Shown piece by piece: positions 10,417-22,866 of a stretch of DNA of 64,000 bases (its first letter is position 1; each line of letters starts with the position of its first letter). The stretch lies in assembly GCF_000009045.1 (NCBI RefSeq), contig NC_000964.3, positions 3,286,001 through 3,350,000 on the forward strand, written 5' to 3'. The stretch is from Bacillus subtilis subsp. subtilis str. 168. Its GTDB lineage: Bacteria; Bacillota; Bacilli; Bacillales; Bacillaceae. A program made the position numbers and the translations under genes. The notes beneath the pieces are model-generated. The model made no database searches. It had not been told where the DNA came from and worked only from the letters and a program-made list of their open reading frames with translations.

Positions 10417-11919
10417 TTACTCGTTTTTATCTTCTTCCAATGTAAATCGCTCCGCAAGTGTAGCCAGTGTTCTTGCCATAACGCCAGTAGCCCCGGCCGG
10501 TCCGAAGCAGGTTGCTTTATTGGCAGTCGCTGTGCCTGCAATATCAAGGTGAACCCAAGGTGTTGACTCAGCGAATTCACCAAGAAACGTTCCTGCCATA
10601 ATCGCATGTCCCTCGCGTCCCGGTGAATTGCTGAGATCCGCCATTTGGCTGCTTTTCACGCGTTTTTTATCCTTCTCTGTTATCGGCAGCTGCCAGATCG
10701 CCTCGCCGCACTCTTGTGCAGCATCAGCTACCTGCTGGTAAAAGCTTTGATCATTTGTCATTGCACCGGTTGTTTCTGTTCCTAATGCCACAACGACGCC
10801 GCCGGTAAGCGTAGCTACATCGACAAGAACTGATGCGCCATGCTGTTTCGCGTATGTAATGCCATCTGCAAGCACTAGCCTTCCTTCAGCATCCGTATTA
10901 AGGATTTCTATTGTTTTTCCGCTTAAAGATACGATCACGTCATCCGGCTTCATGGCCCCGCCGGAGATCATATTATCGGTTGATGGAATAACGCACAGCA
11001 CGTTTTGTTCAGGACGAAGCTCTCCGATCGTTTCCATAGCCCCGAGAACCGCAGCTGCTCCTCCCATATCTGATTTCATGCCAACAATTCCAGATTTCGT
11101 TTTAATGGAGTAGCCGCCTGTGTCAAAGGTAATTCCTTTCCCGACTAGTCCGACGACGTCTTCCCATTCCTTTTTGCCCTGATATTTCAACACAATCATT
11201 TTCGGCGGTTCGGTGGAGCCTTGGTTTACCGCAAGTATTCCGCCCATACCGAGCTCTTCCATCTCTGATTTCTCCAATATCTCACACTCAAAATCATATT
11301 TCGCCGCAAGCTCTTCAGCATACGAAGCGAGGTCAGTCGCTGTCAGCATGTTTCCCGGCATATTCACAAGCGTTCTAGCCGAATTTGTCCCTTGTCCGTA
11401 TGCCTGGCCGACGCGAAGCCCTGCCTGCACTTCCTGTGTATCTTCATCTGTTACAACATACACGGCTTCAATTTGTTTGTCAGGCTCATTTGATTTATGC
11501 TTATAATCCTGCACCTCATAGGAAGCAAGCAGGCAGCTCTCAGCTAAAGCATGAGCGGCATCGGCTGGAGGCACGTCTTCCGAAATAAACGTATCAAGCA
11601 GAACAGCAGTTTCTTGTTTTCGATCTTTATGAATGGCTTGAAAAACATGAGCAAAACGTTCCTTCGCCTGTTCAAACGAATAATTTGCTTCTCTCCCCAG
11701 GCCAACGAAATAAATCCGTTTCATACCCGCAGAAGATGGAGGGAATACTTTTGATACTTGATTCGGTTTCGCAGAGACATCACCCTCTTTTAAAAGCTGT
11801 GTCAGATGGCCTTCGAGCATTTCATCAATTTCCAACGCTTTTCCTGTCAGCTGGCTTTTTTGAAAAAGCCCGACAACAAGGGTTTCTGTATGCTCTGATT
11901 GTTGAACCGCATAAAACAT
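10417..11919 (-). CDS. pepA: Leucyl aminopeptidase, M17 family (500 aa)
   Basis: [17 protein letters not shown] and NTDAEGRL signatures. Confidence 0.96.
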   Translation of the reverse strand: MFYAVQQSEHTETLVVGLFQKSQLTGKALEIDEMLEGHLTQLLKEGDVSAKPNQVSKVFPPSSAGMKRIYFVGLGREANYSFEQAKERFAHVFQAIHKDRKQETAVLLDTFISEDVPPADAAHALAESCLLASYEVQDYKHKSNEPDKQIEAVYVVTDEDTQEVQAGLRVGQAYGQGTNSARTLVNMPGNMLTATDLASYAEELAAKYDFECEILEKSEMEELGMGGILAVNQGSTEPPKMIVLKYQGKKEWEDVVGLVGKGITFDTGGYSIKTKSGIVGMKSDMGGAAAVLGAMETIGELRPEQNVLCVIPSTDNMISGGAMKPDDVIVSLSGKTIEILNTDAEGRLVLADGITYAKQHGASVLVDVATLTGGVVVALGTETTGAMTNDQSFYQQVADAAQECGEAIWQLPITEKDKKRVKSSQMADLSNSPGREGHAIMAGTFLGEFAESTPWVHLDIAGTATANKATCFGPAGATGVMARTLATLAERFTLEEDKNE

Positions 11920-12076
11920 GAGGCTTACACTCCTAACGTAATGGGTATTTGTAATGAACAATGGTATAATAGGAAAAACATTCTTTCCACTATACTTATT
12001 TTAACAAACAACAGTCTAAGACTTGCTTTTTTCTTTTGAAACACGAAGGATTTTTCAAATAGAAAGGATGTCGCCG

Positions 12077-12553
12077 ATGGAACTTTTAACGAATTTTCCT
12101 TTATTATCAAGCCTGGCCGCAATTATTTTTGCTCAGGTCATCAAAGTGCCCATACAGTTTATCGTGTCCAGAAAACTGGACTGGTCGCTGGTCACAAGCA
12201 CAGGCGGCATGCCTAGCTCTCACTCCGCAGCGGTCACTGCGCTTTCTACAGGCGTAGCCTTGGAGCATGGATTAGACTCCTCACTCTTTGCGGTTTCCGC
12301 CATTTTCGCCGTCATAACCATGTTTGACGCAACTGGCGTCAGACGTCACGCCGGTGAGCAGGCAACAGTCATTAATAAGCTTGTTATTGATTTTAACCGT
12401 TTCGTAAATGAAGCGAAGGACTTCCCTAAGGCTGCAGAGAAAGAAAAGCAAAAAAAGCTGAAAGAGCTTCTCGGACATCAGCCGATCGAAGTCTTTTTCG
12501 GAGGATTAACAGGTATTTTACTGACATTGGTACTCGCTTACTTTTTCATGTAA
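12077..12553 (+). CDS. yuiD: Divergent PAP2 / DUF212 membrane protein (158 aa)
   Basis: GGMPSSHSA, DATGVRRHAG, LGHQPIEV. Confidence 0.85.
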   Translation: MELLTNFPLLSSLAAIIFAQVIKVPIQFIVSRKLDWSLVTSTGGMPSSHSAAVTALSTGVALEHGLDSSLFAVSAIFAVITMFDATGVRRHAGEQATVINKLVIDFNRFVNEAKDFPKAAEKEKQKKLKELLGHQPIEVFFGGLTGILLTLVLAYFFM

Positions 12554-12583
12554 AAAAAACGCTCCTGCTTTCGCTGGAGCGTT

Positions 12584-12586
<3 letters not shown>
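12552..12586. terminator. Bidirectional terminator yuiD/yuiC
   Basis: AAAACGCTCC/GGAGCGTTTT stem flanked by A- and T-runs between convergent genes. Confidence 0.75.
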
Positions 12587-13240
<654 letters not shown>

Positions 13241-13343
13241 TCACCTCTCCTCCGAATCATTGTTCCCAAGTGGAGAGAGCATTATTCAAAATGGTGAATG
13301 AGCTGAACGCATAAAAAAAGCTTTCTTTAGAAGAAAGCGGCAT

Positions 13344-13664
13344 TTAAAACATTTGATATCCTCTTTTTCTAAGCATGTTGATCGCTATACCGGACACGAT
13401 GGCGCCGGCCAAACCGCTGACTAAAATCAGCACATCAGCAGCCGCTAATGATAAGACACGATGAAACAGGCTGGCAAAGGATTCTCCCGGCGACTGGACA
13501 TAGCTGATCAGCTTTTCTTTGCTGATAATGAAAAGGCATACAATTGGATAAATCACAGCCATAATCCAAGACATTCTCAGCAGCATGTTTAATAAGAAAC
13601 CGATTCCAAAAAACAAGACAAAAAACAAAACAATTGAGATGATTACGACTGGCAGACTAATCAA
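13344..13664 (-). CDS. yuiB: Small membrane protein (106 aa, TTG start)
   Basis: Hydrophobic ORF; GGGGGTGG RBS 6 nt before TTG at 13664. Confidence 0.8.
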   Translation of the reverse strand: MISLPVVIISIVLFFVLFFGIGFLLNMLLRMSWIMAVIYPIVCLFIISKEKLISYVQSPGESFASLFHRVLSLAAADVLILVSGLAGAIVSGIAINMLRKRGYQMF

Positions 13665-13717
13665 CCTATTCCACCCCCCTGCGTTGTTTTTAGTGTAACG
13701 CGGGGGCTGAAATAAAG

Positions 13718-13861
13718 TCAACGGCTGGAAAAAGAATGACTGTCTTTTCCTGTCCCCTGGCAAGACGGACAAGTCTCTGAACCGCCGAGAATCAATTGAA
13801 AATATCCTTTCCCTGAACAAAATGGGCATGCATGTGAAGCGGTTGTCGTTGCAGTTTTCAT
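13718..13861 (-). CDS. yuiA: 47-aa protein with two CxxCxGxG motifs
   Basis: Hand translation MKTATTTASHACPFCSGKGYFQLILGGSETCPSCQGTGKDSHSFSSR; AAGGGTG RBS; below the ORF-track cutoff. Confidence 0.85.
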   Translation of the reverse strand: MKTATTTASHACPFCSGKGYFQLILGGSETCPSCQGTGKDSHSFSSR

Positions 13862-13949
13862 CTAATCATCACCCTTTTTCTTAATTTTCTGATAATATAC
13901 CATATCAAGCTGTCAACAATAAAGTCAGATCATGTGACAAATCTTTTGA

Positions 13950-13963
13950 TGTAAGCGGAAACA
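13950..13963. promoter_or_regulatory. Candidate cre (CcpA) site upstream of yuiA
   Basis: TGTAAGCGGAAACA, one mismatch to TGWNANCGNTNWCA. Confidence 0.35.
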
Positions 13964-14011
13964 TACTTGTTTTCCTCTCGTTCTCTTTTTATTTTGGCGT
14001 TTTTTAATAAA

Positions 14012-14033
14012 GAAAACCCGCTTCCGCGGGTTT

Positions 14034-14034
<1 letters not shown>
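14012..14034 (-). terminator. Intrinsic terminator of yumB
   Basis: AAAACCCGC-TTCC-GCGGGTTTT. Confidence 0.75.
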
Positions 14035-15323
<1,289 letters not shown>

Positions 15324-15585
15324 TTATTGGCGGGATTTTATGAAATATATTGAAAAGTTTTTTGTGAAGTCCTTACCCGTAGCACTATTATCATGTTTAT
15401 CCGGCTGGCCCAAGAAACATTCAGAAAAAGATCATTTCATTTGGTTATTATCGTAGCGGCCTGCGGAAATATTTTCAAGAACGGATGGGCACGTTAGATC
15501 CTTACGATTTTTTCTGCTGACTCGTCAATTTGAACGGCAATATGGTATAATTAATAACAATTTTCATTTAGGAGGCAATTTTCGT

Positions 15586-16584
15586 ATGCGAGAGGATACA
15601 AAGGTTTATGATATTACAATTATAGGCGGGGGACCGGTCGGCTTATTCACCGCTTTTTACGGCGGGATGAGACAGGCAAGCGTCAAAATTATCGAAAGCC
15701 TGCCTCAGCTCGGCGGACAGCTTAGCGCCCTATACCCTGAGAAGTATATATATGATGTAGCGGGATTCCCGAAAATCCGCGCGCAAGAGCTTATCAATAA
15801 CCTAAAAGAGCAAATGGCGAAATTCGACCAAACCATTTGTCTGGAGCAAGCGGTTGAATCTGTTGAGAAACAAGCGGACGGCGTGTTTAAGCTTGTAACA
15901 AATGAAGAAACCCACTACTCTAAAACGGTCATCATAACTGCAGGAAACGGCGCATTCAAACCGAGAAAGCTGGAACTTGAAAATGCCGAGCAGTATGAAG
16001 GCAAAAACCTCCATTACTTCGTTGATGATCTGCAAAAATTCGCCGGCAGACGCGTTGCGATCCTTGGCGGTGGAGATTCCGCGGTTGACTGGGCGCTTAT
16101 GCTTGAGCCAATCGCAAAAGAAGTATCGATCATTCACCGCCGCGACAAGTTCCGAGCGCACGAGCACAGTGTGGAAAACCTTCATGCGTCGAAGGTTAAT
16201 GTCCTGACACCATTCGTCCCTGCGGAGCTGATCGGCGAAGACAAAATCGAACAGCTAGTGCTTGAAGAAGTGAAAGGCGACCGCAAAGAGATTTTAGAAA
16301 TTGATGACTTAATCGTCAACTACGGTTTCGTTTCATCTCTTGGACCGATCAAAAACTGGGGCCTGGACATCGAGAAAAATTCCATTGTCGTGAAATCAAC
16401 AATGGAAACAAATATCGAAGGCTTCTTTGCAGCAGGTGACATTTGTACATACGAAGGAAAAGTCAACCTGATTGCCAGCGGCTTCGGCGAGGCACCGACA
16501 GCAGTGAACAACGCCAAGGCTTACATGGACCCGAAAGCCCGCGTACAGCCTCTTCACTCAACAAGTCTTTTTGAAAATAAATAA
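15586..16584 (+). CDS. yumC: Ferredoxin/flavodoxin-NADP+ reductase (TrxR-like, no CxxC)
   Basis: GGGPVG, GGGDSA and HRRDKFRAH motifs; extended -10 TGGTATAAT upstream. Confidence 0.94.
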   Translation: MREDTKVYDITIIGGGPVGLFTAFYGGMRQASVKIIESLPQLGGQLSALYPEKYIYDVAGFPKIRAQELINNLKEQMAKFDQTICLEQAVESVEKQADGVFKLVTNEETHYSKTVIITAGNGAFKPRKLELENAEQYEGKNLHYFVDDLQKFAGRRVAILGGGDSAVDWALMLEPIAKEVSIIHRRDKFRAHEHSVENLHASKVNVLTPFVPAELIGEDKIEQLVLEEVKGDRKEILEIDDLIVNYGFVSSLGPIKNWGLDIEKNSIVVKSTMETNIEGFFAAGDICTYEGKVNLIASGFGEAPTAVNNAKAYMDPKARVQPLHSTSLFENK

Positions 16585-16585
16585 T

Positions 16586-16624
16586 AAAAAAAGGAGCTTG
16601 TGTCTGCGACACAGCTCCTTTTTT
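16586..16624. terminator. Bidirectional terminator yumC/yuzG
   Basis: AAAAAAAGGAGCT...AGCTCCTTTTTT. Confidence 0.75.
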
Positions 16625-16763
16625 ATTTGAAGATATTTATATAATTCAATGCAGTTCCTACAACCAGCGCAATCACAAGGGCTGCGACTACCCAGATCAT
16701 TGCCATAATAATGCGGTCCTGAATCTTTTGGGACTTCGGTGTTTTTTCTTCGTTTTGGGCCAT
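16623..16763 (-). CDS. yuzG: 46-aa single-TM protein
   Basis: Hand translation MAQNEEKTPKSQKIQDRIIMAMIWVVAALVIALVVGTALNYINIFK; AAGGAG RBS. Confidence 0.8.
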   Translation of the reverse strand: MAQNEEKTPKSQKIQDRIIMAMIWVVAALVIALVVGTALNYINIFK

Positions 16764-16952
16764 CTTATTCGCTCCTTTCCCATGTCCATGCCATAAAGAA
16801 AGCCTGGTGCTGAACGACCAAGCTTTGCTGAACGTATATCATTCGCGTTTTGATCCGCTCTCTAAGACCATTCGTTAAAACTATGATACCTAAACTCACC
16901 CTGCATGACAAGCTTCGGCACTTGCACCACACCTGCCAGCAAATCATAATGT

Positions 16953-17027
16953 TTGACATCCTAAATAAAACAGAGTACATTATATAAGGCGAACATTTCA
17001 TATATTATACTTTTAAATATTCGTTTT
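16953..17027 (+). promoter_or_regulatory. guaC SigA promoter with paired PurR boxes
   Basis: TTGACA-17 nt-TACATT (16953-16981), then inverted CGAA/TTCG boxes in a GAAC-N24-ATTC arrangement (16991-17022). Confidence 0.75.
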
Positions 17028-17041
17028 TAGGAGTGAAAACC

Positions 17042-18022
17042 ATGGAAAACGTATTTGATTACGAAGATATTCAGCTAATTCCTGCAAAATGCATTGTGAA
17101 TAGCCGTTCAGAATGTGATACATCCGTACGTTTAGGCGGACATACATTTAAATTGCCCGTCGTCCCTGCCAATATGCAGACGATTATAGATGAAAAACTA
17201 GCGATTTCATTAGCCGAAAATGGCTACTTTTATGTGATGCACCGATTTGAGCCTGAGACACGAATTGATTTTATTAAAGATATGAACGCACGCGGGTTAT
17301 TCTCTTCTATCAGCGTGGGCGTCAAAGATGAGGAGTATGAATTTGTCCGCCAGCTGGCAGAAGAAAATCTGACTCCTGAATACGTGACAATTGACATTGC
17401 TCACGGGCACTCAAATGCTGTCATTGAAATGATCCAGCACCTTAAAAAACATTTGCCGGACAGCTTTGTTATTGCTGGCAATGTCGGAACGCCGGAAGCG
17501 GTCAGAGAGCTTGAAAATGCGGGAGCGGATGCCACTAAAGTCGGCATCGGACCGGGAAAAGTATGTATTACGAAAATCAAAACAGGCTTCGGCACAGGCG
17601 GCTGGCAATTAGCAGCGCTGCGCTGGTGTGCCAAGGCTGCCAGCAAACCGATTATCGCGGATGGCGGCATCCGCACCCATGGCGACATCGCAAAATCAAT
17701 CCGATTCGGCGCAACGATGGTCATGATCGGTTCACTATTTGCCGGACACGAAGAATCGCCAGGCCAAACGATCGAAAAAGACGGAAAGCTTTACAAGGAG
17801 TACTTCGGCTCAGCCTCTGAATTCCAAAAAGGCGAAAAGAAAAATGTCGAAGGCAAAAAAATGCACGTGGCGCATAAAGGCTCAATCAAGGATACACTGA
17901 TTGAAATGGAGCAGGATCTTCAATCTTCTATTTCTTATGCAGGCGGAACAAAGCTTAACGCCATCCGCAATGTGGATTATGTGATTGTGAAGAATTCCAT
18001 TTTTAATGGGGATAAATATTAA
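17042..18022 (+). CDS. guaC: GMP reductase (326 aa)
   Basis: [12 protein letters not shown] catalytic loop, ADGGIR, GSASE. Confidence 0.96.
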   Translation: MENVFDYEDIQLIPAKCIVNSRSECDTSVRLGGHTFKLPVVPANMQTIIDEKLAISLAENGYFYVMHRFEPETRIDFIKDMNARGLFSSISVGVKDEEYEFVRQLAEENLTPEYVTIDIAHGHSNAVIEMIQHLKKHLPDSFVIAGNVGTPEAVRELENAGADATKVGIGPGKVCITKIKTGFGTGGWQLAALRWCAKAASKPIIADGGIRTHGDIAKSIRFGATMVMIGSLFAGHEESPGQTIEKDGKLYKEYFGSASEFQKGEKKNVEGKKMHVAHKGSIKDTLIEMEQDLQSSISYAGGTKLNAIRNVDYVIVKNSIFNGDKY

Positions 18023-18026
18023 TCAT

Positions 18027-18070
18027 AAAAAAACGCCAAGTCAGCGGTTCTCCGCTTGAGTTGGCGTTTT
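18027..18070. terminator. Bidirectional terminator guaC/paiB
   Basis: AAAACGCCAA...TTGGCGTTTT hairpin. Confidence 0.7.
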
Positions 18071-18095
18071 CTGCTACTTCTTCAGCAAAGTAAGC

Positions 18096-18719
18096 TTATA
18101 TTTGCTTTTTGAGTTTATCTTCCATCAGTTCTGCCATTTGTTTTGCATTTGGATTTTCTTCATTTTGCAACTGTTCAATGACGTTCATATAATCCGTTTC
18201 ATTTCGGTTCTGGCTTAATTTATATGCCGCTTGAATGTCTTCCACCTTAATCTTAAATCCAACAATACCTTTCAATTCACTTTCTAAGAGTTTTGGAGAA
18301 AGCTTATCCCATAACACAGGATTGTCACGATGTTTTTCGTATTTCTCCAACATGATTGTTAATTCTTCTGCTAATTCATCTTTCTCTAACATACTTGCTT
18401 TTCCATACATGTGGACAGCCTGATAATTCCACGTCGGAACATTTTCGCGCGAATACCAGGAAGAAGAAATATAAGCGTGCGGTCCCTGAAACATCACAAG
18501 CACATCTTCACAGGCTTCAAACGTTCTCCACTGAGGATTTCCATAAGCGAAATGCCCCGTAATATAGTAATGATCGTCTTTTTTATTGAATCCTAACGGC
18601 AAATGTGTGGCAATTGGTTTTCCTTGTTCTGTTGTGACAACCGTACCAAAGGAGTTTTCTTGTACAAAATTCCAAATTTCTTCAGCATTTGTGACTTTAA
18701 AATATTTTGGAATATACAT
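18096..18719 (-). CDS. paiB: PaiB, FMN-binding split-barrel / haem-binding family protein
   Basis: MYIPKYF start, GHFAYGNP, VPTWNY, KLSQNR. Confidence 0.9.
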   Translation of the reverse strand: MYIPKYFKVTNAEEIWNFVQENSFGTVVTTEQGKPIATHLPLGFNKKDDHYYITGHFAYGNPQWRTFEACEDVLVMFQGPHAYISSSWYSRENVPTWNYQAVHMYGKASMLEKDELAEELTIMLEKYEKHRDNPVLWDKLSPKLLESELKGIVGFKIKVEDIQAAYKLSQNRNETDYMNVIEQLQNEENPNAKQMAELMEDKLKKQI

Positions 18720-18742
18720 CATCATCCACCCTTCGAAAAATA

Positions 18743-19270
<528 letters not shown>

Positions 19271-19598
19271 TCAGCCCCTTTATTTAAAATTCAATTGTCT
19301 TGTGTCCCTTTTATATATTTAAACACGGAACACATACTGACCTTGTTACCATTCCAAAAATCTTCTTCATCACCAACTCCCTATCGTGATTTTGTTGTAA
19401 ATGCAATAAAATATACTCCGCATTAAATATATCGTAACTTTGCTGTATTTACAACAAAAATCAAACAACAAAGCAGCGTTTCTCTTGCCGAAGTTCCCGG
19501 AACTCTCTGCATCATTTCCCCATAATAAAAACGCCTCCCTTAACGATGATTTATCGCTAAGAAAAGCGTCAGTAATAGTTGCTATCCGTTTTTAGTGC

Positions 19599-19961
19599 TT
19601 AGCACTCTTCAGGCTTGCCTGCATTCGTTGCTGTTCTGAACGAAGAACCGCAGCCGCATGAAGCGATGGCGTTTGGATTGTCGATGGTGAAGCCGCCGCC
19701 GAGCATGGATTGTTTATAATCAATCACGGTGCCGTTCATGATGTCAAGGCTTTCTTTGTCAACTAGAACAGTGATGCCGTGCTGATCAAACACACTGTCT
19801 GATTCACTCTTTTCATGCTCAAAGCCCATGCCGTAAGAAAGTCCGCTGCAGCCGCCGCCTTTGACGCCTACACGCAGAAACGCGTTTTCTTCTTCATGCT
19901 CTTTCATCATATCTTTTATATGCAAAGCTGCTGCTTCTGTAATTGTTACCGGGTTGCTCAT
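19599..19961 (-). CDS. sufA: A-type Fe-S carrier (120 aa)
   Basis: GGGCSGLSY and CGCGSSF motifs. Confidence 0.93.
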   Translation of the reverse strand: MSNPVTITEAAALHIKDMMKEHEEENAFLRVGVKGGGCSGLSYGMGFEHEKSESDSVFDQHGITVLVDKESLDIMNGTVIDYKQSMLGGGFTIDNPNAIASCGCGSSFRTATNAGKPEEC

Positions 19962-20039
19962 CATTATGAACCTCCTTTTAAAAACCGGTTGCTGTCTTTT
20001 ATTATAAACATGATCGTTCCAATTCTCAAACAAGGTGTT

Positions 20040-20894
20040 TTACAAGAAATAGACACCCTCACAAACGGTTTCAGCCGGCCCTGTCATCATTACATGGCCG
20101 TTATCTTTCCAGTTTATCACCAAATCCCCGCCTGCTAAATGCACCGTGATGTCTTGATTTCGCTTTGATACGCCGTTTAATACAGATGCGACTGCCGCTG
20201 CACATGCTCCTGTCCCGCATGCCTGAGTAATCCCTGATCCCCGTTCCCAGACGCGGAAATGCAATTCTTGTTCATTCACGGTTTCAACGAATTCCACATT
20301 GATGCCTTCCGGAAATCTCGGATCTTTCTCAATCACCGGCCCCAGTGTCGTTAAGGGTGCCTGTTCAATGTCTGCGATCGGAAAAACGATATGCGGATTT
20401 CCCATTGAAACGGCAGTGCCTGTTAGTTCTACTTCACCAAATGCCATCGTTTCATTGATTGTGTGCTCTTCCCCGCCGTCAAGCATAGGAAGCTCGGATT
20501 TTGTCAAGCGCGGTTCGCCCATATCGACAGTGACCACATTCACTTTTCCGTTTTCGACTTGAACCTCCGCTTTCACAAGCCCGGAGAGAGTTTCAATCAG
20601 AAAAGATGTTTCCTCAACCAGCTTATGCTCATATGCGTATTTTGCGACGCAGCGCAGGCCGTTGCCGCAGTTTTTCCCTTCAGACCCGTCATTATTAAAA
20701 ATCCGCATTTTAACAGGCGCTTGGTCTGATGGGCATATCAGGATCATTCCGTCGGATCCGATCCCTGTATAAACAGAAGAAACCTGAATTGCAATCTCTG
20801 ACAGTTTTTCTTCTGGAAGCTGTTCTTCAAATTGATTCACATAAATATAACTGTTTCCCAGGCCGTGCATTTTGGTAAATCGAAATGAGTTCAT
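20040..20894 (-). CDS. dapF: Diaminopimelate epimerase (284 aa)
   Basis: [33 protein letters not shown]. Confidence 0.96.
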   Translation of the reverse strand: MNSFRFTKMHGLGNSYIYVNQFEEQLPEEKLSEIAIQVSSVYTGIGSDGMILICPSDQAPVKMRIFNNDGSEGKNCGNGLRCVAKYAYEHKLVEETSFLIETLSGLVKAEVQVENGKVNVVTVDMGEPRLTKSELPMLDGGEEHTINETMAFGEVELTGTAVSMGNPHIVFPIADIEQAPLTTLGPVIEKDPRFPEGINVEFVETVNEQELHFRVWERGSGITQACGTGACAAAVASVLNGVSKRNQDITVHLAGGDLVINWKDNGHVMMTGPAETVCEGVYFL

Positions 20895-20978
20895 AGGTGC
20901 CTCCAACTTTTTTTCTTTTTCTTAGTATAAAAGCTATTATAAGCGGACACAATACAATTATCCCCCGTTTTTCATACA

Positions 20979-21012
20979 TAAAAGCTCCTTGCACTGACGC
21001 AAGGAGCTTTTA
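20979..21012 (-). terminator. Terminator after yutK
   Basis: AAAAGCTCCTTGC/GCAAGGAGCTTTT. Confidence 0.7.
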
Positions 21013-21016
21013 TCGT

Positions 21017-22231
21017 TTATATAAACATGCCGGCAATGGCTGCGCTGAGCAGATTGGCTAATGTTCCTGCAAGAACAGCCTTCAGGCCGAGACGTGCGAT
21101 ATCTGAACGGCGGCTGGGCGCTAAACCGCCAAGCGTACCAAGCATAATCGCAATTGATGAAAAATTGGCGAATCCGCATAACGCGAAACTGATAATGGTA
21201 GCAGTTTTCTTAGAAAACTCGCCGATGTGCGAACCGAAGTTAGAATAAGCGACAAACTCATTCAGCACCAATTTCTGGCCGATATAGCTTCCCGCCTGCA
21301 ATGCTTCATGCCAAGGCACGCCAATCAAAAAGGCGATAGGAGAAAACACATAGCCGAGAATGGATTCTAATGTTACGCCTTTTAAACCGAACAAGCCGAA
21401 AGCCCCGCCGAGAATACCGTTTACTACAGCGATTAACGCAACAAACGCAAGCAGCATCGCCCCAACATTTAACGCAATTTGCAGTCCTGTTGACGCTCCC
21501 TTTGCAGCTGCGTCAATGACATTGGCTGCGCCTTCGCCTTCATCCATTTTGAAATCGCTTTTTACGGTTTGCGTTTTTTCCGTTTCGGGTATAATCAATT
21601 TACCAAAGACTAGTCCAGCTGGAGCAGCCATAAAGCTGGCCGCCAGCAAGTACTCAATCGGAATACCGAGAAGCGCGTACCCAAACAAGGTAGATCCCGC
21701 AACTGCCGATAGACCGCTCGTCATAATCGTAAACAACTCAGAGCGCGTCAGCCCGGCAATCAGGGGTTTGATCACTAACGGAGATTCTGATTGTCCTACA
21801 AAAATATTGGCAGCAGCCGCCAGAGATTCCGTTTTGCTTGTTCCAAGGAGCTTCGACAATCCGCCGCCAATGACACGGAAAACGAGCTGCATGATTTTCA
21901 AATGATATAAAACTGCAATCAGTGCTGAGAAGAAAATGATAACGGGCAGTACACTTAATGCAAATGCCGGACTGTCTCCGACCTTTAGAAGCGGTCCAAA
22001 AATAAAACTGATGCCTTCATTCGCATAGTCAATCAGAAGCTGTACACGGCTTGAAAACCATAAAAAAACAGCGCGTCCCGCTTCCCATTTCAACACGATG
22101 TATCCAAACGCCACCTGTGTGCATAAACCAACGATGACGGTTCTTATCTTAATATTGCTTTTCTTTTCTGAAAATAAAAACGCGATAGCAATGATCGCAA
22201 CTGCGCCCAGCAGCCCCCACAGAACATTCAT
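21017..22231 (-). CDS. yutK: Concentrative nucleoside transporter (CNT/NupC family)
   Basis: NIFVGQSE, KLVLNEFVAY, LCGFANFSS motifs. Confidence 0.92.
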   Translation of the reverse strand: MNVLWGLLGAVAIIAIAFLFSEKKSNIKIRTVIVGLCTQVAFGYIVLKWEAGRAVFLWFSSRVQLLIDYANEGISFIFGPLLKVGDSPAFALSVLPVIIFFSALIAVLYHLKIMQLVFRVIGGGLSKLLGTSKTESLAAAANIFVGQSESPLVIKPLIAGLTRSELFTIMTSGLSAVAGSTLFGYALLGIPIEYLLAASFMAAPAGLVFGKLIIPETEKTQTVKSDFKMDEGEGAANVIDAAAKGASTGLQIALNVGAMLLAFVALIAVVNGILGGAFGLFGLKGVTLESILGYVFSPIAFLIGVPWHEALQAGSYIGQKLVLNEFVAYSNFGSHIGEFSKKTATIISFALCGFANFSSIAIMLGTLGGLAPSRRSDIARLGLKAVLAGTLANLLSAAIAGMFI

Positions 22232-22339
22232 GAATACTCGTACACCTCTTAAATTTTATTTAAAAAAATATCTTTTATACGATAACAATAATATTTTTTG
22301 ATGTCTACACATTTTTTTAGTTCTTTTGTACGGCAAAAT

Positions 22340-22365
22340 AAAAAAGGGCCTGTCCAGGCCCTTTT
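22340..22365 (-). terminator. Terminator after yuzB
   Basis: AAAAGGGCCTG/CAGGCCCTTTT. Confidence 0.7.
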
Positions 22366-22367
22366 CT

Positions 22368-22604
22368 TTAAAACATTGGATTTTCTTCAATAAAGGTATA
22401 TATATTCTCAACAAGCTCAGCAGGCGTTTCACCCATGACGACTTCTCCGTTTACCAGAGCGAAAAGCGATTCCATACATGTCCCGCAGTAGCTTAAGCAG
22501 CCATATTCAAGGACATCAAGGTTGGGATCCTTCTCCAAAATCGCCCGGGCTTCCTGAGAGCCGTGAGCCAGATTGCTGACACAAAATTCAATCATTGGAT
22601 TCAT
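22368..22604 (-). CDS. yuzB: Small Cys-rich protein (YuzB/DUF1450 family)
   Basis: 78 aa with C8 and C36-x3-C40-x2-C43; GAGGTG RBS. Confidence 0.85.
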   Translation of the reverse strand: MNPMIEFCVSNLAHGSQEARAILEKDPNLDVLEYGCLSYCGTCMESLFALVNGEVVMGETPAELVENIYTFIEENPMF

Positions 22605-22866
22605 GCGGTTTCACCTCACATATGTCCATTATCGCGAATTTTTCACTATTCGTCAAAGACAACGGATGATTCAAAATTTATTATCGTAACATATTATTTC
22701 TCAAATAACGTTTTACTAATTTGTGTTTTCAGGCTAAATTGTAGGTTATTTTGAAACTATTATTGTGATTTTAGATCAAATTCGATATAATTCTAGATGT
22801 TATTTTACATAGTTCGTATTTTCTTCAATGTATCTATCATACTCTTCGGATTAAAGGGGAATTCAA

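Noticed and set aside
16765-17001. 78-aa minus-strand ORF upstream of yuzG
   Set aside because: Runs through the guaC promoter and PurR boxes, has no RBS and shows no protein-like pattern.
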